Of a stretch of 44,433 nt of DNA, positions 25,566-35,398 are shown piece after piece; the first letter of the stretch is position 1; each line of letters opens with the position of its first letter. This DNA is from a virus (taxonomy: Duplodnaviria; Caudoviricetes), in the IMG/VR virus record IMGVR_UViG_3300027976_000072, positions 1-44,433 of that record. One strand, written 5' to 3'. Made by a program: the position numbers and the translations under genes. Under the pieces are notes generated by a model. That model saw only the letters and a program-made list of their open reading frames with translations, ran no database searches and had not been told where the DNA came from.

Positions 25566-26055
25566 CTCTGATATTACGACCCAAGATTTTTATAAGTTCT
25601 ATATGAAGGAGCTTAAAAAAGACCCTACAAGAATTTCTAGGGGTAAAATGCGTAAGGTATTTAATGATTTGACCAAAGCTATGATGGCTGAAGTACAAGA
25701 TGGGGGTAAAATATATATCCATAGAGTAGGTAGAATTTATGTAAAATTCATCAAGGTTCCTTTGATGGAAGAAGGTGAAATCAATCCTATGCTACCTATA
25801 AATTGGAAAGCTACTTTTGAATACTGGGAAAAACTTTACCCTGGTGTAACAAGTTTAGAAAGAAAGAGTATAAAGAATAAGCCTTTATTAAAATTTATAA
25901 ACGATCATACTAAACAGTATGTCGCTAAACATATGTTTCTAAGAACATTTTTCTTAGAGGACCAAAGTTGGAGATTTGATTTTTGCACAAAAAACAAAAG
26001 GGCTCTAGGGAAAATAATAAAAGAGGGCTCTAATAAAAGAGCTTTTATTGCATAA
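25516..26055 (+). CDS. IHF/HU-like protein of the crAss tail module (start 25516 or 25495)
   Basis: Basic; DFYKFY, IYIHRVGRIYV, INWKAT..YW, NDHT motifs; between two ring genes. Confidence 0.7.
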   Translation: MANHKMHRPKGRLGNNNSDITTQDFYKFYMKELKKDPTRISRGKMRKVFNDLTKAMMAEVQDGGKIYIHRVGRIYVKFIKVPLMEEGEINPMLPINWKATFEYWEKLYPGVTSLERKSIKNKPLLKFINDHTKQYVAKHMFLRTFFLEDQSWRFDFCTKNKRALGKIIKEGSNKRAFIA

Positions 26056-26057
26056 CT

Positions 26058-26816
26058 ATGGAAATTTATAATTACATATCTTATAAAGCTGTCCTCGAAC
26101 AAGCCAAAGATGACTTTAAATTCATTGTAGGCAATATTTCAGACTTAGAAGCTAAGCAATGGCTATCGAGATTAATAGGCTTAAGTGGGTCTTTCCATGT
26201 ACTTACAGATAAGACAGAGTTTCTTAAAGTAGAATTTGGGAAAGTAGAGACTCCTGATGACATGTCTGTGTTAATATCTGTCGCACAGTCTTGTGAAAAA
26301 ACCTTAGAAGAAGCAAAATGTAATCCGTGCAATGTTGCCCCTATGAAATGGAATACTGCAGATGTTAATTGTAAAAGACATTTTGTACCTATTGATTTCT
26401 ATGTGCACTCTAAGGCTAGGTATAATGTTAATGACAGCACTATTTTTACAAATTTTGATGAAGGTATAATCAGAGTATCTTATAAAGGTTTGCCCCAAGA
26501 TCAAAATGGGGACCCAGCTATCCCAGAAGAAGACTCTTGGCAAGAAGCTGCTATACATGAACTTGCTTGGAAAGTTGCAAGAAACATGTATCTTATGGAT
26601 AAGTTTGATGAAAGAAAACTTAATAGAATAGAAAAAGATAGAGATTGGTATTTTGCTCAAGCTGTCAACAAAGCTAAAATGTTCAATAGGCCACAAAGAG
26701 AAGTATTCAAAGACAACTGGATAAAGACAATAAAAGACCTTTATCCAGAAGATATTAATATGCATTCTTTAGCAGATAGAGAATACAGAAACTGGCACGG
26801 AAGCTACACTTCATGA
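26058..26816 (+). CDS. Tail ring (tubular) protein
   Basis: IFTNFDEGIIRVSYKGLPQDQNGDPAIP and WYFAQA motifs; directly before the muzzle gene. Confidence 0.75.
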   Translation: MEIYNYISYKAVLEQAKDDFKFIVGNISDLEAKQWLSRLIGLSGSFHVLTDKTEFLKVEFGKVETPDDMSVLISVAQSCEKTLEEAKCNPCNVAPMKWNTADVNCKRHFVPIDFYVHSKARYNVNDSTIFTNFDEGIIRVSYKGLPQDQNGDPAIPEEDSWQEAAIHELAWKVARNMYLMDKFDERKLNRIEKDRDWYFAQAVNKAKMFNRPQREVFKDNWIKTIKDLYPEDINMHSLADREYRNWHGSYTS

Positions 26817-29800
26817 AAGCACAAGCACATTCATATGCGTCTGTAAACAAGGACTTTAGTGTTGAGTTATTTCCAAATAACTTGATATACCAGTTACGTA
26901 ATGGTAGAATGACTACTGATGCAGAAATCGGTACTGAAGGAGGCGTCATTAATATTCGTGGGAACAAGTATAATTTTACTATCCCAGCAGGGAAGTATAT
27001 TCTTAACTATACTACAATTGTTGAGACTGTCTATTTAATTACTACTGATTCTTTGACTGAAGAAGGTGGTACTGGGTATATCTATAAAGTTGTAATAAGT
27101 CCTAAAACACTTGTTAGTGTAATTACTCTTATTTATTCTAGTCCAGATTTACTTCTATCTGTTTACAGAACTGTACAATCACATGGAATAAGAGAAAACT
27201 CTACAAAAGAAAGGTTGTATTTCTCAGAGCATAAATCTGAAACAAGAAGTTTAAACCTTATAACAATACCTGTAGATGCCCCAATAGAATTTACACAGCT
27301 TCATCCAGATGCATCTTTTTCTGCACCGATAGTAGAACATATTTTTGAAGGTGGAGATTTAAGAAGAGGTGTTTATGAGTATGCGTTTTACCTTACAACT
27401 TATGACGGCAAAAAGAGTTTATTATCTGAAAATTCTGTGCCTATTTCTTTAATAGGTTCAGCTTTCAATGACGCTAAAGATTACAGCGATTCTAAAATAG
27501 TAGATGAATCCCCAAATAGTACAAATTTCGGCAACACTTTTTCAGCTTCAAAGTCTGTAAAAATATCAGTAGACGTATCTCAATACCCAAGTAATTTATA
27601 TGACACTGTTACATTTGTGGCTATTTACAGCGGAGATAAATTTCTTCCCCCAGAGATAACAGCTATAGATACTGTTTCTCTTGTTAATAACAAAGCTACT
27701 TTTATTCATTCTGGTTTAGAATCTGAGGTTTTTCTTTCTTACAACGATTATGTAGATAACCGCTATCCTTTTTTTACAAATAAAACCTTTGCTGCAAAAG
27801 ATCAAGTGTTATTAGCTGGTAATACACGTTCTGCGACACTGACTTTAGATTATAATGCATCAACAAACAGATATTTAAAAACAGGAGAAACTTATGAAGA
27901 CTTTCATTTTAATCCTTATAACGATGAATCTGGAACTCACTTTACAACTCAACCAGATGGTACAATAGAAGATTGGCAAAATAATGACCAATATAAATAT
28001 CAAAACCCTACAGAAAATAATGGCAATTATTATTTAGGGGGAACAGGAGATAATATTGACTATACTTTTGTCTTACATGAATTAGACAGTGGCTTAGTTG
28101 CTAACAAAATTTCTCATAGTGATACACAAATTATAAATGAAATAGTTTCTTTAGAGCAAGATTATCCTTCTGGGTATCTAAATAACTTTAATTCTCCTTA
28201 TTTAAGATTCTTAAAAGGATATAAGCGTGGAGAAATATACCGTTTTGGAATTAGCTTTACTTCTAAAAAAGGAAACAAAAGTTTTGTAAAATATATTGGG
28301 GATATTAAAATGCCTGAACTTTCTGAGAGAGCAGGTTATGTTACTATTCCTGGAACTACCATAGATTATTTTCCTCTAGCTAGAACGACAGCATTTGTTT
28401 ATAATGAACAGATACCTTTAAATGGTGGATTAGCTTTACAAGACATTGCACCTGGGTACACTTATCAACAGACTTTTTTTGGTGTAGTATATGGGGTTTA
28501 TAATTTAGACTTTAACTATTTCCCTTATGATGTAGAAGGAATAGATGATGGACCTTCGCCTCCTGCTCAACTACATGTAGAAATAAGTATCAATGGGTTT
28601 CCTATAGTAAGTACAGAGATTTTTACATCAGTGGGCACTTCCCAAGGAACAGAGACCATACTTAACGGCATTCTTCTGCAACCAGGGGACGAAGTAGTAA
28701 TTACGATATCCAATGACGTTGACTCTAATTCAACGGTAAGTTTATCGGGAAGCTCTGTATTTAATTTAACAGGCACAGGTAAAAAAAGCCATTTTTATTC
28801 TTTGGGTTTAGAATTCAATGTAAAAAACATACCAGATGGTTATGACTCTTATCAGATATGTGCGGTTCAAAGAGAAGATAGATTTAAGACACGTCTAGCA
28901 CAAGGGTATGGTACAAAAAGTTTTGCTTTACAAAATGAGGATTATAGTATACCAACTAGATATGCAGCTGTAGGGAATCCTATATCACCTGTTAGTTTTT
29001 ATGCTACTACTGATAGTCCTCCTGGATTGGCCTCTTTTACGAGGGATACCCAAAATGATTTTTCACGTAGAGACTTAATTCCTCTTTGTTTCCCAGAAGT
29101 AAGCTACGGCACAATGGACCTAAGCACTTTTGGAAACTGTTATCTTAGACCTATAGGTTTGTATAGTGAAATAGTAGTAAGAGATGGTTTTAATCCTGCA
29201 AGTACTACAGACTATTTTGTAAGAAATAGAGGAAATAATAGTGACAATGCTGACGATACATTACCAAGAAAAATACGTGGGAAGTTCCATAGTACAGTAC
29301 CTTTCAATAGTATTGAGTTTTCAAAAGCTAAAGCATTTGAAAAGATTAAAGCCAGCGTAAAAAATCCGGGTACGTCTTATGCTGTCTTTACAGTAGGAGG
29401 CTATGAGTTTATAAATTATTTGTGGAATCATGACCAAGTAGACGGGAGTTTAGTTAATGGTTCAGGTCCATATGACATAAATTATGTCTCAAGATCTGGG
29501 ACTAAACAGTTTGTACAATTAGAAAGAGGGAATCATGAGCTTTTATTTGGAGGTAAAAATTATGCAGGCGGATCGTCTTTATCTATGGTCATATTTGATT
29601 ATACTAGATTATTACCTGAACATTATGGAGGCAACGGCATAGATGCCATTTCAAAAAATGTTTTTAAAGCTGTAACTAGGCCTATCTTCAAAACTGGCTA
29701 TACAAAAGTTTTTGGAGGAGATACTTATATTTCTTTTTATGACTCTCTTTATGGCATGTGGGATATTGGGGAAGGTAATGATACTAGTTCGGGTAAAAAG

Positions 29801-31312
29801 AGTTATCTTATCAACACTGTAATTCCAGTAGAATCAGATATCAATATTGATATCTCTCATGGAAAAACTATGTCTCATGGAGCTTCAAGAGAAGCTACTA
29901 GTTACAAAGTTCAAGAAACAGGTAATGATGTTGTAAGTAATTATTTTGACTATGAAGATGCTTATTCTATTTTCTCTTTAGGCAGACCTCAGTTTAGCCA
30001 ACCAATAAGATTCCTACCTGAAGAAGATGCCCCAACAAGAATCTATATATCTGACACTAAAATATATGGAGAACAAACAGATAGTTGGTCTAAATTTAGA
30101 ATAAACTCTTACAAAGACCTTGAAACATCTTTTGGTTCTCTGACTAAACTTGTTAGTCTTAAGGATAATATTTTATTCCTTCAAGAAGAAGGCATGGGCT
30201 TATTATCTATTAATCCTAGAGCTGTTATTACAGCTTCAGATGGAATAGCTACTACGCTAGGAACTTCTGAAGGACTAGAAAGATATCAGTATGTCTCTAC
30301 AAAAAGTGGAACAAAGCATCACTTATCTGTTGTAGTTTCAGATAACACACTATATTACTATGACGTAGTAAATAATCGTTGGATGTCTTTTACAGGGGGA
30401 GATAAAGGAGGTTTATCTTCTTTAGGTGAAGAAGCTGGATTTCAAAGTTTGTTCTTACAATACTTTGAAGATAATACTAACTTTCAGAATTTTGATAGAC
30501 CTTATGTCGAAGGAGGTATAGTATCTCACTATGACTCTACTAATAAAGAAGTTTCTCTAACTTTTCATGGCTTACTATGCCCAGAACTTATAGATGTCAA
30601 TGTTCCTCAAAATATCACCAATACTCATTTCTATGTAGAAGCTGGTGGAACTATGTATCAGGCTATTGGAGATTATTCAATAGATGCTAATTCTTATGGA
30701 GAAAAGCCATATGCAAACTTAGAAGACTATCAGAGTCTACTTATAACTGATCCAACAATACAGCAAGCTAACTCTATGACTTTAGCTTGGTCGGAGAAGA
30801 AAATGTCTTTTAATGATATCTATGACTACAAGCCTTTTATCTATGTAGGAGACAATAAGAACATGTTCTCTCCCGATCCTAGTAACCCAGAAAACTGTTA
30901 TATTCATAACAAAGGTAATTATGGGGAGTTCTATAATGTAACCTATCCGTTCCAGATCTCGTTAATACTAAATGGAAACGATGATAAGCCGTTAAACAAA
31001 ACCCTTGCATATACTGAATATAATGCAATAGTAAAAAAAGGCATTTCTCAGTTACAAGATAAGACTTTTGATACTGTAAGAGTTTATAACGATTATCAAG
31101 ATTCTTCTGAAATATCTTTAAATGCATTGCCAGATAATTCAGAGCACGAAAGAAGGTTTAGAAAATGGAGGTTTAATATGCCTTCTGATATTACTTCTGG
31201 TGATTACATGAGAGGGCCTTGGTCTATTCTTACACTCACTTGTGATAATACACAGAACTACTCTTTAGCATTGCAGACTTTAATTAATTACTACGAAACA
31301 CATGAGTACTAA
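26813..31312 (+). CDS. Muzzle / tail stabilisation protein
   Basis: 1499 aa; GYKRGEIYRFGI, YIGDIKMP, FGGDTYI, DSWSKF, RRFRKW, MRGPW motifs. Confidence 0.85.
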   Translation: MKAQAHSYASVNKDFSVELFPNNLIYQLRNGRMTTDAEIGTEGGVINIRGNKYNFTIPAGKYILNYTTIVETVYLITTDSLTEEGGTGYIYKVVISPKTLVSVITLIYSSPDLLLSVYRTVQSHGIRENSTKERLYFSEHKSETRSLNLITIPVDAPIEFTQLHPDASFSAPIVEHIFEGGDLRRGVYEYAFYLTTYDGKKSLLSENSVPISLIGSAFNDAKDYSDSKIVDESPNSTNFGNTFSASKSVKISVDVSQYPSNLYDTVTFVAIYSGDKFLPPEITAIDTVSLVNNKATFIHSGLESEVFLSYNDYVDNRYPFFTNKTFAAKDQVLLAGNTRSATLTLDYNASTNRYLKTGETYEDFHFNPYNDESGTHFTTQPDGTIEDWQNNDQYKYQNPTENNGNYYLGGTGDNIDYTFVLHELDSGLVANKISHSDTQIINEIVSLEQDYPSGYLNNFNSPYLRFLKGYKRGEIYRFGISFTSKKGNKSFVKYIGDIKMPELSERAGYVTIPGTTIDYFPLARTTAFVYNEQIPLNGGLALQDIAPGYTYQQTFFGVVYGVYNLDFNYFPYDVEGIDDGPSPPAQLHVEISINGFPIVSTEIFTSVGTSQGTETILNGILLQPGDEVVITISNDVDSNSTVSLSGSSVFNLTGTGKKSHFYSLGLEFNVKNIPDGYDSYQICAVQREDRFKTRLAQGYGTKSFALQNEDYSIPTRYAAVGNPISPVSFYATTDSPPGLASFTRDTQNDFSRRDLIPLCFPEVSYGTMDLSTFGNCYLRPIGLYSEIVVRDGFNPASTTDYFVRNRGNNSDNADDTLPRKIRGKFHSTVPFNSIEFSKAKAFEKIKASVKNPGTSYAVFTVGGYEFINYLWNHDQVDGSLVNGSGPYDINYVSRSGTKQFVQLERGNHELLFGGKNYAGGSSLSMVIFDYTRLLPEHYGGNGIDAISKNVFKAVTRPIFKTGYTKVFGGDTYISFYDSLYGMWDIGEGNDTSSGKKSYLINTVIPVESDINIDISHGKTMSHGASREATSYKVQETGNDVVSNYFDYEDAYSIFSLGRPQFSQPIRFLPEEDAPTRIYISDTKIYGEQTDSWSKFRINSYKDLETSFGSLTKLVSLKDNILFLQEEGMGLLSINPRAVITASDGIATTLGTSEGLERYQYVSTKSGTKHHLSVVVSDNTLYYYDVVNNRWMSFTGGDKGGLSSLGEEAGFQSLFLQYFEDNTNFQNFDRPYVEGGIVSHYDSTNKEVSLTFHGLLCPELIDVNVPQNITNTHFYVEAGGTMYQAIGDYSIDANSYGEKPYANLEDYQSLLITDPTIQQANSMTLAWSEKKMSFNDIYDYKPFIYVGDNKNMFSPDPSNPENCYIHNKGNYGEFYNVTYPFQISLILNGNDDKPLNKTLAYTEYNAIVKKGISQLQDKTFDTVRVYNDYQDSSEISLNALPDNSEHERRFRKWRFNMPSDITSGDYMRGPWSILTLTCDNTQNYSLALQTLINYYETHEY

Positions 31313-34300
31313 AAAGAAAAAACCCATATCTTATACGTATAGAAAACTAGGGAATTCTCCTCAGTCTCAAGCTCATAGTGTTGGAGGAGTTATGAAAGAC
31401 CTTGGGAATATATTTATAGAATCTGTCATGTCACCTATTGAAGGATTTACAGGGAAAAACATATACAAACCGAAATATGAAAATCACGTATTAGGGCAGG
31501 TAGCCAAAGGCGCTTCAGCTGTAGGAGCAATAGGTACAGATCTCGCAGGAAGTTACTTTATTCCTGGCTATGGATTAGCAAAAGCAGCTGTGCAATCTCA
31601 GACAGCTGACCCAGAATCTTTTTATGATACTAAACAAGTTAGAGGGGCAGACGGAATTTATCACCAAGAATATAATATTAAACCTGAAGATAAATGGGCA
31701 GAAGGAGCCAAAAAAGTTGGTTCAATAGCAGGAGATGTCATGTCTATGACAGGAACTACTGCTGCAGGAGCAGCAACAAAAGCAGCAGCAGCAGCAGCAG
31801 CAGAAAAAGCAGCAACAACAGCAGCAGCAACAGCAAAAGCAACAACAGCAGGAGCAAAAATAGCAGGAGCAGCAACAAAAGTAGGGAAAGCAGCAGCAAC
31901 AGCAGAAGGATTAGCAAACCTAAAAACAAACATAGCAGGATTAGGAAACCAAAAAGTTAATACTGAAGGAAACTCAAGTCCTCTTACAAATTCTATGGTT
32001 CAACCAACAAATTCTATGGTTCAGCCAGGAAGTTTTGGAACGGGGGCAATTGAATTCGGTGACGCTTATGGTGTCCCTCAAAGCGGATTTGCATATGGAG
32101 GACAATTAAAATACGGACTATTACATCCTTCAAGCACTCTATTAAATCCTTCAAACCCTTTAGCATATGGAGGACAGATAAACTACGGACCACTAGGGCC
32201 ATTAAACCCTTTAGCATATGGTGGTAGAATACCTTTAGCATATGGTGGTGAGAAAAAGGAAAAGAAACAAAAGCAAAAGAAAACTTCTGCAGACCCTACG
32301 GCATTTAAAGTAAATCATCCAGGTATTGATGTTGTTGGTCAAAGACCAGAGTCAAATATAGACTGGACTTTCATACAAGCCAGGGAAGGTTTTGAATTAC
32401 AAGGGTATGTCCCAGATAAAGAAAATTCTAATTCTGGTGTGACAATTGCTTCTGGTTATGATCTTGGGTCAAAAGGAGAAAAAGAGCTTGTTGGGCTACC
32501 TCCTGAACTAATTAAAAAACTTATTCCCTATTTAGGGCTTAAAAAAGAGGAGGCTGATAAAGTAGCTAGAAATCTTACAATTTCAAAACCAGAAGCTTTG
32601 CTTTTAAATGAGCATGCTAAAAGTCAAGAGGGCTATCGTCTAATGAATAATTATCAAGAAGCAACTGGGAGATCTTTCCAGGACCTTCCTATGAATAAAG
32701 CAACAGCAGTAGCTTCTATAGCTTTTCAACATGGAGACCTTACTACAGCAGCCCCTAAGTTCTGGGGCCAAGTCATAAGAGATGATTGGCAAGGAGCGTA
32801 TGATAATATTCTAGATTGGGATGGAACTGGGAAAGATTCTAAACACCAACCAAGAAGAAGGAAAGAAGCAACCTACCTAAACCCTAACGAAGAGTATGGT
32901 AAAAACCCATCTAAAGCAAGGGACTTTTATGAAAACAGCAAAAGAAAGTTAGGCCTAGCTTATGGGGGAGAAATAGATCCTCTAACAAACCAAAACTTTG
33001 GATATGGTGGAAGAGTACCTTACAGTCCAGGGGGAGATTTACAGGAAGTCAATGCAGGAGGCTCACATGAAGAAAACCCAATGGGGGGTGTTCCTGTAGG
33101 ACCTAATGCTAGTGTAGAACAAGGAGAGACTATAAAAGGAAATTTTGTTTTTTCTGATAGAATAAAAGTTACTGCAAAAATTACAGAAGAATTTGCTTTG
33201 CCTAAAAACTACGTAGGCAAGACTTATGCTGATGCTTCAAAGATTTCAGAAAAATATAACAAGCATAACGACCATATTGATGCAACTACTTCTGAACTAA
33301 TTACTGCTAGGCTAACAGAAGCTCAAGAAGCTTATAAAGAAATACATATGCCACAACCTCAAGGGCAACCTGGGGGAATGCCTCAAACAGCTCAGTTTGC
33401 ATATGGAGGCCGTATACCTATGTCTGAAGGAGGTTCAATGTTTCCTCTTCCAAAAAAGTACAGAGCCGTTTCAAATCCTTCTGTATCAAAAAGATTGTTT
33501 ATTGCTCTTCAAGCTCTCCCAGACTATGAGGGCTATAAAGATGATTGGACAATTACAGGCCTTACAAGAGATGCTGCTGTAAATGCAGAAGTTGGAGGAA
33601 AAGAAAATACAAAACATTTTGAGGGGCATGGAATGGATGTAAGTTCAAAAGAAGACTCCATAGGATTTATAGCTTGGTTAAAAACTGCCCCAGGTAAAAA
33701 ATGGAAAGAAGACTTTCATGTCACTCAACTAGATGAGAGGAAAAAGAAAGACGCACCTCATTGGCATTTCCAAGTAAACAAAGATGCAGACCGTTCCAAA
33801 ATTTTAAAATACTCTCAATATGAACAACAGTACGAGGAAAATAAAAATTCAGATGGGATGATAAATTATAAGACTTTTGAAAGTGGGAAAAGTAAAACTG
33901 CTTCCTCTTCTCTTAAACAAGAAAAAGACCTTATTGAATACATAATGGAAACAGGGGTATCTGAAGAAACTGCTAGAAATGTTATAAAAAATAGTGATAG
34001 AGATTTGTTAGAACTTTTTAACAAATACCCAGATGCAGCCGATGTAGAAATTGAAAGAGGTACTGTAATTGATTATTATGCAGAACAAGAAAGAAATGCT
34101 AGTGACGTAGAAACTCAAACAAATACTCGTGAACAATCTACAACTACAGCACCTACAAATACAGGTAGTTCAGAAGCTTCTGCAACTCCATCCCCAGTAG
34201 AGTCCGGTTCCGGCCTAATAGGGTATAGAAACACTTTATATTCACAAGCATTTGAACACTTGGAAAATATCTATGGTACTGACGTAGCCAAACAAATGAT

Positions 34301-35396
34301 GAAGGAATATGGACAAGAACTCTCTGGTGAGTTGGGAAAGGCAATCAATTCTGGAGGCCCTAATAACCCTGCAAATTATGAAGATTTTGGTGATTTAGTA
34401 ATTAGTCTAAGTCCTTATCCTAGTGATCCAAAGGAACAGGCCCCAAGTATACCTTCATTAAAAGTAGCAAGTGATCCAAATGAACAGCCCCTAGGAAAAG
34501 GAGTAGAGGCTCCAATACCTCTTCCCCCCAAAAAAGAGGCTCCCGGAGAGCCCTCTGGATACGACTATATTCAAGGAGACATGAACGTAGATAATAAGGT
34601 TGATCATCTTGATACTCGTAATTCAGATGGTACAGGAAGATGGGAACCTCATGTTCCTGGAAAGAGCAGAGGGGAAATTGCTCAAAGAGCAAAGGATGAA
34701 AGTGCTCGTAGGCAAATGGAACAGGATGCACTTGATGCACTTGGAGAACAAGGAAACCCTAGTTGGAAGTCTTACTTAGAGTATGCTCCAGTAGCTTATA
34801 ACATTGCAAGAGGTTTAAGTAAACCTGCTAGTTTAGATAAAAATGATTATACTTACAGTTCAAATGTAAAACCTTTTTCAACAAGTATAGAACCAGAATT
34901 GAGAGATTACCGTAATTCATATGCTAGTGCATTAGACACAGCAGCAGGAGCAACCTCTGATGCTGGTAGTTTATTAAGCAGTTTAGGTACTTACCAAGGA
35001 GTTTATAACTCTTCTGTTGGCCAAGCTTACACTGCTAAAAGAAATGAAGACGCAAGAAATATGTTAGCTTCTCAAGCTTCTCAAGATCAAGCTGCACAAT
35101 TTAACTCTAAAATGAAATATACCGTAGATGATTGGAATCAGAACTCTATTGATGCTACTAGAAATCATCTTGGGGCTGCTGCTACACAACTTGGTCAAAT
35201 AGGAGCTAATGAAAACACTAGAGCTTTATATGATGAATACGGAAGACTTGTAAGCCCAGATGTTACTTGGCCTCGAGCAACAGGAGCTAATGAAAACACT
35301 AGAGCTTTATATGATGAATACGGAAGACTTGTAAGCCCAGGTAAGCGTCGGCATCGAGCTTTTGGTGGGTACTTCTATGAGTCTAAAAATACATAA
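31302..35396 (+). CDS. Modular cargo/ejection protein with pesticin-type lysozyme and M15 zinc peptidase domains
   Basis: IDWTFIQAREG...GYVP...SGVTIASGYDLG...RRRKEA (pesticin C-terminal muramidase); R...N..VGG...KH..G..MD...HWH (M15); follows the muzzle gene. Confidence 0.8.
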   Translation: MSTKKKKPISYTYRKLGNSPQSQAHSVGGVMKDLGNIFIESVMSPIEGFTGKNIYKPKYENHVLGQVAKGASAVGAIGTDLAGSYFIPGYGLAKAAVQSQTADPESFYDTKQVRGADGIYHQEYNIKPEDKWAEGAKKVGSIAGDVMSMTGTTAAGAATKAAAAAAAEKAATTAAATAKATTAGAKIAGAATKVGKAAATAEGLANLKTNIAGLGNQKVNTEGNSSPLTNSMVQPTNSMVQPGSFGTGAIEFGDAYGVPQSGFAYGGQLKYGLLHPSSTLLNPSNPLAYGGQINYGPLGPLNPLAYGGRIPLAYGGEKKEKKQKQKKTSADPTAFKVNHPGIDVVGQRPESNIDWTFIQAREGFELQGYVPDKENSNSGVTIASGYDLGSKGEKELVGLPPELIKKLIPYLGLKKEEADKVARNLTISKPEALLLNEHAKSQEGYRLMNNYQEATGRSFQDLPMNKATAVASIAFQHGDLTTAAPKFWGQVIRDDWQGAYDNILDWDGTGKDSKHQPRRRKEATYLNPNEEYGKNPSKARDFYENSKRKLGLAYGGEIDPLTNQNFGYGGRVPYSPGGDLQEVNAGGSHEENPMGGVPVGPNASVEQGETIKGNFVFSDRIKVTAKITEEFALPKNYVGKTYADASKISEKYNKHNDHIDATTSELITARLTEAQEAYKEIHMPQPQGQPGGMPQTAQFAYGGRIPMSEGGSMFPLPKKYRAVSNPSVSKRLFIALQALPDYEGYKDDWTITGLTRDAAVNAEVGGKENTKHFEGHGMDVSSKEDSIGFIAWLKTAPGKKWKEDFHVTQLDERKKKDAPHWHFQVNKDADRSKILKYSQYEQQYEENKNSDGMINYKTFESGKSKTASSSLKQEKDLIEYIMETGVSEETARNVIKNSDRDLLELFNKYPDAADVEIERGTVIDYYAEQERNASDVETQTNTREQSTTTAPTNTGSSEASATPSPVESGSGLIGYRNTLYSQAFEHLENIYGTDVAKQMMKEYGQELSGELGKAINSGGPNNPANYEDFGDLVISLSPYPSDPKEQAPSIPSLKVASDPNEQPLGKGVEAPIPLPPKKEAPGEPSGYDYIQGDMNVDNKVDHLDTRNSDGTGRWEPHVPGKSRGEIAQRAKDESARRQMEQDALDALGEQGNPSWKSYLEYAPVAYNIARGLSKPASLDKNDYTYSSNVKPFSTSIEPELRDYRNSYASALDTAAGATSDAGSLLSSLGTYQGVYNSSVGQAYTAKRNEDARNMLASQASQDQAAQFNSKMKYTVDDWNQNSIDATRNHLGAAATQLGQIGANENTRALYDEYGRLVSPDVTWPRATGANENTRALYDEYGRLVSPGKRRHRAFGGYFYESKNT
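31764..31955 (+). repeat. Low-complexity GCA/ACA/AAA codon tract including (GCA)7
   Basis: (GCA)7 at 31782-31802; no T on the + strand from 31764 to 31860. Confidence 0.9.
31986..32027 (+). repeat. 21-bp tandem duplication (TNSMVQP x2)
   Basis: ACAAATTCTATGGTTCA(A/G)CCA twice. Confidence 0.9.
35201..35340 (+). repeat. Perfect 59-bp direct repeat with an 81-nt period
   Basis: 35201-35259 is identical to 35282-35340; encodes GANENTRALYDEYGRLVSP twice. Confidence 0.95.
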
Positions 35397-35398
35397 TT

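Noticed and set aside
31661-31960. Overlapping poly-Ser and poly-Ala ORFs
   Set aside because: By-products of the GCA/ACA low-complexity tract
35201-35340. Repeat-spacer-repeat as mini CRISPR array
   Set aside because: Only two copies, 59 bp long, in frame inside a CDS, no cas genes
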